A DNA stretch of 5,331 nt, taken from the IMG/VR virus record IMGVR_UViG_2667527839_000005. The stretch is one strand, 5' to 3'. The notes under the pieces were generated by a model. The model was not told where the DNA came from. It saw only the letters and a program-made list of their open reading frames with translations, and did not search any database. A program made the translations under genes and the position numbers. This DNA comes from a virus. Taxonomy: Duplodnaviria; Heunggongvirae; Uroviricota; Caudoviricetes. Below, one piece after another: positions 1-5,331 of this stretch (positions are counted from its first letter, which is position 1; the number at the start of each line of letters is the position of its first letter).

Positions 1-55
1 TGGAGCACCTCAAAAACACCATCATACACTAAATCAGTAAGTTGGCAGCATCACC
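1..55 (-). mobile_element. IS1 insertion sequence, terminal 55 bp only (the window begins inside the element; insA would start just beyond the left edge, reading leftward)
   Basis: Positions 1..55 (tggagcacctcaaaaacaccatcatacactaaatcagtaagttggcagcatcacc) match, from memory, the reverse complement of the IS1 left end: the terminal inverted repeat GGTGATGCTGCCAACTTACTGAT followed by the sequence preceding the insA start. The match ends abruptly at 55/56, where a dehydrogenase reading frame continues. Confidence 0.8.
33..55. repeat. IS1 23-bp terminal inverted repeat (end of element abutting the target gene)
   Basis: atcagtaagttggcagcatcacc at 33..55 is the reverse complement of the IS1 terminal repeat GGTGATGCTGCCAACTTACTGAT. 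The partner repeat and the 8-9 bp target duplication lie outside the window. Confidence 0.75.
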
Positions 56-588
56 CCGTTCTGGTTTATGGTGCCGGTCCAATCGGCCTGACGATCGTTC
101 AGGTATTAAAAGGCGTCTATAACGTTAAAAATGTGATTGTTGCCGATCGCATTGATGAACGACTGGAAAAAGCGAAAGAGAGCGGGGCTGACTGGGCGAT
201 TAATAACAGCCAGACACCGCTTGGCGAGATTTTCACTGAAAAAGGCATCAAGCCGACATTAATTATTGATGCGGCTTGTCATCCTTCTATCCTGAAAGAG
301 GCCGTAACGCTGGCTTCTCCAGCGGCACGTATTGTATTGATGGGTTTCTCCAGTGAACCGTCTGAAGTGATTCAGCAAGGAATTACCGGAAAAGAACTCT
401 CTATTTTCTCTTCACGCTTAAATGCAAATAAATTCCCGGTCGTTATCGACTGGTTAAGTAAAGGGTTAATTAAACCAGAAAAATTAATTACCCATACGTT
501 TGATTTCCAGCATGTTGCTGATGCCATTAGTTTATTTGAACAGGATCAAAAACATTGCTGCAAAGTCTTACTCACTTTTTCTGAATAA
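56..588 (+). pseudogene. rspB: 3' portion of a Zn-dependent medium-chain dehydrogenase/reductase gene (RspB-like), 5'-truncated by the IS1 insertion
   Basis: The frame of ORF 133..588 stays open upstream to the IS1 boundary and translates as VLVYGAGPIGLTIVQVLKGVYNVKNVIVADRIDERLEKAKESGADWA..., i.e. the GxGxxG Rossmann NAD(P)-binding motif and C-terminal half of an MDR dehydrogenase. The N-terminal catalytic zinc domain (~160 aa) is absent and replaced by IS1. The symbol is inferred from recalled K-12 synteny (rspB next to the Qin integrase end), not from alignment. Confidence 0.6.
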
Positions 589-645
589 TACCAATAACGG
601 CGAGTAAGTAGTACGCATCTTACCTCTTTTTTAGAGATAACCATT

Positions 646-774
646 ATGACAATAGAAAAACACGAAAGAAGCACTAAGGATTTGGTGAAAGCAGCAGTAT
701 CGGGATGGCTGGGCACTGCGCTTGAATTTATGGATTTCAAGAGTCATACGTGTCAACTATTTGATAAATATTAA
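646..774 (+). pseudogene. ydfJ: 5' stub of an MHS-family (metabolite:H+ symporter) transporter gene, truncated by prophage integration
   Basis: ATG at 646 opens a 42-codon ORF. Its first 31 residues, MTIEKHERSTKDLVKAAVSGWLGTALEFMDF, resemble the conserved N-terminus of MHS transporters (compare ProP ...AASLGNAMEWFDF). After codon 31 (about 738) the sequence becomes hydrophilic (KSHTCQLFDKY-stop), with no first transmembrane helix. The name comes from recalled K-12 context (ydfJ is split by Qin). Confidence 0.45.
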
Positions 775-775
775 A
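739..775. other. Candidate prophage attachment junction (integrase-proximal att core/arm region) with an IHF-like site
   Basis: This is the point where the transporter reading frame loses its family character, 37 bp before the integrase stop codon. The segment is AT-rich, and 754..766 (caactatttgata) matches the IHF consensus WATCAANNNNTTR on the minus strand. Exact core boundaries cannot be set without an unoccupied site for comparison. Confidence 0.3.
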
Positions 776-2056
776 TTAATTTTTCATTGCTTCGTTATGG
801 GGCATGGTTGGGGCAAACTCGCTTAACTGTGTATTTAACAAAGCTACCTGTGCATTATTGTTTTCAGACATCCATTTTCCGTATACCTGAAATACCATTT
901 GCGCATCTGCATGGCCCATCTGGTTTGCTATAAATGCCGGATTAGCACCAGCTGTCAGCGACCAGCAGGCATAAGTATGTCTCGACTGATATGATTTTCG
1001 ATGGCGGAGTCCGGCACGTTTTATCGCTGCGTCCCACATCTGCCTTATTGAGTCAACGGTAAAATGGTCACCATAATTTTTTACTCTCGCTGACACTTCA
1101 GGTTGAAAAACAAAGGTGCATTTATGTTTTTCTGTTCTGCCATACTCTCTGAGGTGAACATCAATGATATGCTCTTTGCTCAGTCTCGTTAATGTCATCT
1201 GACTCCGGAGAGCGTCGATTGCTGGCTTAATAAGATGAATGACCCGATTGGTTCCCGCCTGTGTTTTTGGTACCGTGAAACGGTCTTTTGCTAAATTTCT
1301 CCTGATCATCATTGTTCCATTTTTCAGATCTATGTCCTCCCATCCAAGTGCACACAGCTCACCAGGGCGAACGCCAGTATAAACAGAAACACACCATAAA
1401 TTTTTGGCTTGCTGATTTCTGCACGCATCGATAAGACGGATGAATTCCTCCCGCGAAAGAGGATCCGGAATGGTTCTTGATTCCTTTAATGGCGAGATCC
1501 CCTTAAACGGGTTATCTGCCAGGTAACCGTTATCAACACCAAACTGGAACACGGCGTTAAGATTTGTCATGTAATTATTTACAGTTACAGCCGATCTCCC
1601 TGGTTGTGTAACAATATAGTTACTTTTGGGGATCTGGTATCCAGTCAGTAGCTCTTTACGAACCTCCAGTAATTTTTCTTTATTAATCGATGAGGCAAGA
1701 TTTTTTTCACCGATTATGCTCAGGATATTTTTGATGACGGCACGGTATGTGTTGAGTGATGTTTTTGCGACTTCAGTTTCTTTCAGTGCCAGAAATTTTT
1801 CAGCCAGTTCTTTTATGGTTAAATCTTGTCGAGTCTCACCAAATTTTTCCAGATTGCGTGAGGAGGGAAACTGTTTTGCATAGTCGAAAACACCAGTTTT
1901 TATTGCGTAACAAACAGAGGCGCGTAGCTCACCTGCAACGCGCCTGTTTTTTGCTGTGTCAGGAACCCCCAGGTTTTCCCTGACTCTTACGCCTTTATAA
2001 ACAAACCAGATACGTAATTTCCCTCCATGGTTTTCCACGCCTGTCGGATATTTCAT
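776..2056 (-). CDS. int: Lambdoid tyrosine integrase (lambda Int family with N-terminal arm-binding domain), apparently intact
   Basis: Long minus-strand ORF. The N-terminus MKYPTGVENHGGKLRIWF is typical of Rac/Qin-type integrases. Catalytic signature is present: box I arginine in YTGVRPGELCALGWEDID, RHTYA box II, and GHADAQMVFQVYGKW with the catalytic tyrosine. Start chosen at the second ATG (2056), which has a GAGAGAAG purine-rich stretch upstream; the first in-frame ATG at 2071 lacks a ribosome-binding site. Placement is convergent with the chromosomal gene and next to the att junction. Confidence 0.9.
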   Translation of the reverse strand: MKYPTGVENHGGKLRIWFVYKGVRVRENLGVPDTAKNRRVAGELRASVCYAIKTGVFDYAKQFPSSRNLEKFGETRQDLTIKELAEKFLALKETEVAKTSLNTYRAVIKNILSIIGEKNLASSINKEKLLEVRKELLTGYQIPKSNYIVTQPGRSAVTVNNYMTNLNAVFQFGVDNGYLADNPFKGISPLKESRTIPDPLSREEFIRLIDACRNQQAKNLWCVSVYTGVRPGELCALGWEDIDLKNGTMMIRRNLAKDRFTVPKTQAGTNRVIHLIKPAIDALRSQMTLTRLSKEHIIDVHLREYGRTEKHKCTFVFQPEVSARVKNYGDHFTVDSIRQMWDAAIKRAGLRHRKSYQSRHTYACWSLTAGANPAFIANQMGHADAQMVFQVYGKWMSENNNAQVALLNTQLSEFAPTMPHNEAMKN

Positions 2057-2090
2057 TTCAACTTCTCTCATTAGTTAGTGTGGCTTTTAG

Positions 2091-2342
2091 TCAAGTAAGA
2101 TGACGTCTTGGTCTTGCTGATGCCTGGCGCTCAATCCAGCGATCAATTTCTTCCAGGTTGTAAAAGCATGGACTGTTATCCCATGGCATACCGTCATGAG
2201 CGACATGCTTATATTCCCTTCCTTCCATAAACGATTTTTCCCGGGCCTTTTTTAACGTACCTTTTTTTATTCCTTTCAGCGCAATTAACTGCTCTTCGGA
2301 TACCCATTTGCCGGGAGAGACAATCATGATTACTTCGCTCAT
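2091..2342 (-). CDS. xis: Excisionase-like protein (Xis; putative-excisionase/DUF1233-type as found in Rac/Gifsy-like prophages)
   Basis: 83-aa ORF immediately upstream of int on the same strand (classic xis-int arrangement). The sequence GKWVSEEQLIALKGIKKGTLKKAREKSFMEGREYKHV...FYNLEEIDRWIE fits my memory of the small basic excisionase-like family pattern (KWV...GTL...EG..YK...FYNLEEIDRWIE). An alternative start is the ATG at 2327. Confidence 0.7.
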   Translation of the reverse strand: MSEVIMIVSPGKWVSEEQLIALKGIKKGTLKKAREKSFMEGREYKHVAHDGMPWDNSPCFYNLEEIDRWIERQASARPRRHLT

Positions 2343-2371
2343 CGATTTCTTTATCTCTTACATCAGACGAG

Positions 2372-2403
2372 CGCCGGTTGCAGAATACCAGTCACAACCG
2401 GCG
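2372..2403 (-). promoter_or_regulatory. GC-rich inverted repeat (9-bp stem, 14-nt loop) in the gap between the exonuclease gene and xis; possible RNA structure or processing site, not a canonical terminator
   Basis: cgccggttg (2372..2380) pairs perfectly with caaccggcg (2395..2403). No U-run follows on the transcribed (minus) strand, so it is unlikely to be an intrinsic terminator. Confidence 0.25.
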
Positions 2404-2414
2404 ACAGTTGAACA

Positions 2415-4886
2415 TTAAGAATCAGCCTGACTCGGGATCAGTTTTTGCCAGATAACTGAAACGTATTTTGCCTGGTAACGGGCGTCATCAAGTGCATTAT
2501 GGCGCTCACCTTCGAATGGAATAGCCGTTCTGGCATCGAAGTCTATGGCTTTCCCCAGCTCAACGATTGTGCGTACATCGCGATCGTTGTAGTAACGCCA
2601 CGGGCAGGGGATCCCCTGCCGTTCGTATGAACGGCGCAAAATCGTGTTGTCGAAGTTGGCTCCATTTCCCCAGACCTGAACAAAAAATTCACCGGAGTTT
2701 TCGTCGATAAATTCCCGCAATTGTAACAGTGCATCATCTAACGGGATTTCATCGGTCATAATGGCAGATTGCGCTTCGCGTGATTGCTTAAGCCACCATT
2801 TAATGGTGTCCCGATCAATGACTCCGCCAGCAGTTTCCAGATCGATAGTCTTACTAAATTCCGGTCCCATATCTCCGGTTTGCGGATCGAAAAATATTGC
2901 ACCTATTGAGATGATCGGGGCATCAGGATTTTTTCCCATGGTTTCAAGGTCGATCATTAGATGGTCACACGTCCTGCTGGTGGATGTGATTTCTTGATGA
3001 CTGTTCACCTTAATTGAGTGATCTGCCGTCTCGCCAGTTTCATTATCGCTATCGTGATGCTGATTGCCGCCAGTGTTCTCCTTGTGTGGATGTTCAGCGC
3101 CTTCCATTTCCTCCGGATCATCTTCCTGAACTTCAACCTGATACTCTTCATCGAATGTTTCCTGGTATGTTGCGTCGCCCATTACCGCGCCACAATCAGG
3201 GCAGTTGCCGCCGCCGGTCTGACCGCAGGCGGTGCAGACTTTTTCCACTTCCTGTTGCGCCACTGATTCAGGCTGTTTCGTTTCTGGCTCGTTTTGTAAC
3301 GCATTTGGGCTGTTTTGTTCCGCTTTTTGGTAGTTCCGTTCCGATTCATGCTGGTTCTGGTTCACAGAATCGCGGGTCTGGATCCCCTTAACCCATTTCG
3401 GATCATTCGGGTCACTAATCCCTTCAACAAATTCACCACGTGATGCAGCAAGCAACTTATCGGCGTCAGGCTGGATGATATTGGCTGCCTGCATAATTTT
3501 GTTTACTTCGTCAGCGGTAACTTTTATCGGCTCTGGTTGTTCTGAATCTTCAGCGGTATCTACATTTTGCGGTAAGCCCGTGTATGTGCCATTTTTTCGG
3601 GCAAAATATTCTTCTTTTGTGATTTCAGTGGCGCCAGCAGCCAGTGCCTTATCCAGACCAGAAAGTTTGTTTGCGCGACCGTATTTTTCTCCGTCCTTAT
3701 CTGCGAAGAGGAAATAGAACGGCCCCTCACGCTCTACAGATGGTTCAGCTTCCGGCGCGGTTTCATTTTTTGGGATATCAGATACCTCAGTTTCCACTGC
3801 ATCAGTTTGTGTTTCTGATGACTGGAGAACATCAACAGTGCCCAGGTCTGTTTCTTCATTCTCAAACACGCCCTTTGTCGTCAGGTATTCGCAGATATAT
3901 TTGTTCAGTGCTACGGGATCTTTGTGAATGTCGATCGGACGCTCACGGACAAGGCCAAAAATAGTTTGGCGGTCGTAGCGAAGGGCATCAGGCTGTTTGC
4001 GCATTGATGCCGAGATACGCTTCCAGTCTTCGCGGTCGTTGTCGATAACTTCATTTTTTGCCCGGCGATGGATGCTGCCGTCAATGTTTCCGGCATCCAC
4101 ATCACCAGGCCAGAGAGCGTAGGCCAGTTCGTCATCCAGTGTTTTCCATGTCTGCTTGTATTCGCGATGAATGGCAGCAATGACCGGGCTGATTTTTCCT
4201 GTTGAATTTTCAGTGTACTGTTGATTGGCTCTGGCGCGGGCGAGATCAACAACAGACGTGTATTTTCCGGTTTCCTTGCGTTCACCTTCGCGACGTTTTT
4301 TCCAGATGCGCATCTCTGCCTGAATTTCGGGCCATTTAGCACCAGGAATACATTTATGCTTAACCCACCCAATGGCGTGCAACTTAAGCTCCGGATACAT
4401 GGCGTTAACTTCTGGCATTTTCATCAACGCTTCAACGATATGTCCGTCGAATGTTGCCATGTCTTCCTGCAACAATTCCTGTGCGCTAATAACCATATCA
4501 ACGGTGATGTTTTCACATGTGTCGAACTTAACCATGACAGCGTTCTGTACTTCAGGGGCCAGCTTGTCAAAAGTGACGTTCATCGGATCGGATTCAGTCT
4601 CAACCGGGACAAAAGAAGCAGACTCCTCATCCCAGCGGTTTTCCTGCATATATTCAGCATCCCATGAATCGAGGGCAGGGCGGGGTATGCCAGGTTTATC
4701 CTCGCAGACAATAAATTTATAAGCGCAGTCCTGAGCAGCCGGATAATGTTCCAGGAATTGCCAGTGAAATTTTGCTCGAGCACGGCGTTCGTCGCCAGCT
4801 TCAATGGCTGTGGCTACAGCCACAGCGCCTTCTTCCCTTGTTGCCAGTTCGTCAGGAATAGCGGCGCAAATAAAGACTTTACTCAT
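2415..4886 (-). CDS. Large prophage early-operon protein (~823 aa) with C-terminal DnaQ-like DEDDh 3'-5' exonuclease domain, a central Cys4 zinc-ribbon motif and acidic low-complexity linkers; occupies the position of the exo/recE gene of lambdoid phages
   Basis: Continuous 2.5-kb minus-strand ORF. The C-terminal ~180 residues carry the three DEDDh motifs: Exo I LMIDLETMG (D codon 2949..2951, E codon 2943..2945), Exo II GNGANFDNTIL (2637..2669) and Exo III HNALDDARY (2484..2501). A CTAC-x7-CPDC motif lies at 3192..3236. Start chosen at the ATG at 4886 (MSKVFICAAI...), which has GAGG 10 nt upstream; the ORF track's 4922 start is a TTG. By position this should be the intact counterpart of the K-12 Qin ydfE fragment; that is an inference. 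Confidence 0.85.
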   Translation of the reverse strand: MSKVFICAAIPDELATREEGAVAVATAIEAGDERRARAKFHWQFLEHYPAAQDCAYKFIVCEDKPGIPRPALDSWDAEYMQENRWDEESASFVPVETESDPMNVTFDKLAPEVQNAVMVKFDTCENITVDMVISAQELLQEDMATFDGHIVEALMKMPEVNAMYPELKLHAIGWVKHKCIPGAKWPEIQAEMRIWKKRREGERKETGKYTSVVDLARARANQQYTENSTGKISPVIAAIHREYKQTWKTLDDELAYALWPGDVDAGNIDGSIHRRAKNEVIDNDREDWKRISASMRKQPDALRYDRQTIFGLVRERPIDIHKDPVALNKYICEYLTTKGVFENEETDLGTVDVLQSSETQTDAVETEVSDIPKNETAPEAEPSVEREGPFYFLFADKDGEKYGRANKLSGLDKALAAGATEITKEEYFARKNGTYTGLPQNVDTAEDSEQPEPIKVTADEVNKIMQAANIIQPDADKLLAASRGEFVEGISDPNDPKWVKGIQTRDSVNQNQHESERNYQKAEQNSPNALQNEPETKQPESVAQQEVEKVCTACGQTGGGNCPDCGAVMGDATYQETFDEEYQVEVQEDDPEEMEGAEHPHKENTGGNQHHDSDNETGETADHSIKVNSHQEITSTSRTCDHLMIDLETMGKNPDAPIISIGAIFFDPQTGDMGPEFSKTIDLETAGGVIDRDTIKWWLKQSREAQSAIMTDEIPLDDALLQLREFIDENSGEFFVQVWGNGANFDNTILRRSYERQGIPCPWRYYNDRDVRTIVELGKAIDFDARTAIPFEGERHNALDDARYQAKYVSVIWQKLIPSQADS

Positions 4887-4978
4887 TTGTTTTAACCTCA
4901 TGACAGATTTAAGGATGAACAAATCCCTGCCATTGCTGGCATATAAGAATGAAACCGGATATTTATTACGGAACTGTT

Positions 4979-5170
4979 TTAAAGACCTGCCGGGATTTCG
5001 ATATTATCCTGGTGAATAACTTTATCGACCGGGTAACAGTTACCGGGAATTTTCTGTTCGGTTGCTGCAGTCATACACTCCTGCATTGTCCTGTGAACAC
5101 TGACTGCAATATCAACTGGCTCTCCGGAAACAAGAAAAACTGTCAGAACAAGCACAAATGCTGAATTCAT
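4979..5170 (-). CDS. ydfD: Small membrane protein, 63 aa, YdfD-like (Qin prophage lysis protein)
   Basis: ATG at 5170 has AAGGA 8 nt upstream and gives MNSAFVLVLTVFLVSGEPVD..., with an N-terminal hydrophobic segment (residues 4-16). The 63-aa length and the position immediately downstream of dicB, with the start overlapping the upstream stop (ATGA), match my recollection of K-12 ydfD. The 81-aa version in the ORF track (start 5224) is an upstream extension in the same frame, with no ribosome-binding site, that overlaps the dicB 3' end. Confidence 0.65.
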   Translation of the reverse strand: MNSAFVLVLTVFLVSGEPVDIAVSVHRTMQECMTAATEQKIPGNCYPVDKVIHQDNIEIPAGL

Positions 5171-5331
5171 TGTGCACATCCTTTTGGCATCAGACGTAAA
5201 CGAGCCAGCATTGAAACAATGCATATTTTATTTAATAGCTCCCGTTCTTGTTTTCTCTTGTTAATGGCATCTTCGTAAGCGTCGTCTGAGTACCGTCTGG
5301 TCCCGAATCCAGGATCCTGTAACTTAAGCAC
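5167..5331 (-). CDS. dicB: 3' part of a dicB-like gene (prophage cell-division inhibitor); 5' end lies beyond the window
   Basis: The minus-strand frame is open from the window edge (5331) to the TGA at 5167..5169 and translates as ...VLKLQDPGFGTRRYSDDAYEDAINKRKQERELLNKICIVSMLARLRLMPKGCAQ-stop. It is missing from the ORF track only because no start codon falls inside the window. Its stop overlaps the ydfD start, consistent with the dicB-ydfD arrangement I recall in Qin. Identification is by context, not alignment. Confidence 0.45.
   Translation of the reverse strand: MLKLQDPGFGTRRYSDDAYEDAINKRKQERELLNKICIVSMLARLRLMPKGCAQ

Noticed and set aside
604-634. Short hairpin (gtaag/cttac, 5-bp stem, 10-nt loop) followed by a T-run after the dehydrogenase stop; possible intrinsic terminator
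   Set aside because: Stem too short and AT-rich to call a terminator with confidence. It also lies in what should be the promoter/leader of the downstream transporter gene.
546-740. 64-aa minus-strand ORF spanning the dehydrogenase 3' end and the transporter stub
   Set aside because: Overlaps two better-supported + strand coding regions; no ribosome-binding site and no recognisable motif. Likely a chance ORF.
1626-1983. Two + strand ORFs (85 and 75 aa) inside the integrase gene
   Set aside because: Antisense to a confidently identified integrase with intact catalytic motifs; no family features.
2543-4804. Multiple overlapping ORFs on both strands within the exonuclease gene (e.g. 2761..2997, 3014..3391, 3475..3717, 3644..3964, 3911..4372, 4221..4667, 4372..4722, 4580..4804)
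   Set aside because: All are nested in or antisense to one continuous 2.5-kb ORF with clear nuclease motifs; their Arg/Ser/Cys-rich compositions look like frame-shifted or antisense readings of acidic coding sequence.
2415-4886. Calling the large protein RecE (exodeoxyribonuclease VIII)
   Set aside because: RecE's catalytic domain is a lambda-Exo-like PD-(D/E)XK nuclease, whereas the C-terminus here carries DEDDh motifs. Any resemblance I half-recall in the central region (around LLAASRGEFVEGISDPNDPKWVKGIQTRD) is unverified, so the RecE label is not supported by what I can see.
4804-5164. + strand ORFs 4804..5019 and 4949..5164
   Set aside because: Antisense to the exonuclease start region and to ydfD; no ribosome-binding site or motifs.
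5171-5224. 18-codon N-terminal extension giving an 81-aa version of the ydfD ORF
   Set aside because: No Shine-Dalgarno sequence; it overlaps the dicB 3' end in another frame. The internal ATG at 5170 has AAGGA at ideal spacing and yields the expected 63-aa protein.
1-5331. Recognisable defence or anti-defence system (restriction-modification, toxin-antitoxin, CBASS, retron, abortive infection, CRISPR)
   Set aside because: No methyltransferase, ATPase, reverse-transcriptase, cyclase or repeat-array signatures seen. The only candidates for host-directed functions are the dicB/ydfD pair (known type) and the uncharacterised N-terminal part of the exonuclease protein.

Overview
This window spans a chromosome/prophage junction in an enterobacterial genome (E. 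coli/Shigella-like, judged from IS1 and Qin-type gene order). All calls are from reading the sequence and the ORF track; no searches were run, and gene names rest on recalled K-12 gene order, not alignment. Left to right: (1) the last 55 bp of an IS1 element (1..55), whose insertion cuts off the 5' half of a Zn-dependent dehydrogenase gene, leaving only the NAD-binding C-terminal part (56..588, + strand, RspB-like); (2) a short 5' stub of an MHS-family transporter gene (646..~738, +, ydfJ-like) that loses its transporter character at ~739, which I read as the prophage attachment junction; (3) the integrase-proximal arm of a Qin/Rac-type lambdoid prophage, all on the minus strand in pL-operon order: partial dicB-like gene (5167..>5331), a 63-aa ydfD-like membrane/lysis protein (4979..5170), a large multi-domain protein ending in a DnaQ-like DEDDh 3'-5' exonuclease domain (2415..4886), an excisionase (2091..2342) and a tyrosine integrase (776..2056). 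I saw no tRNA, rRNA or CRISPR array. I could not identify a clear new defence or other system; the most unusual element is the large exonuclease, which is not a lambda-Exo/RecE-type nuclease and has no single-strand annealing partner beside it.
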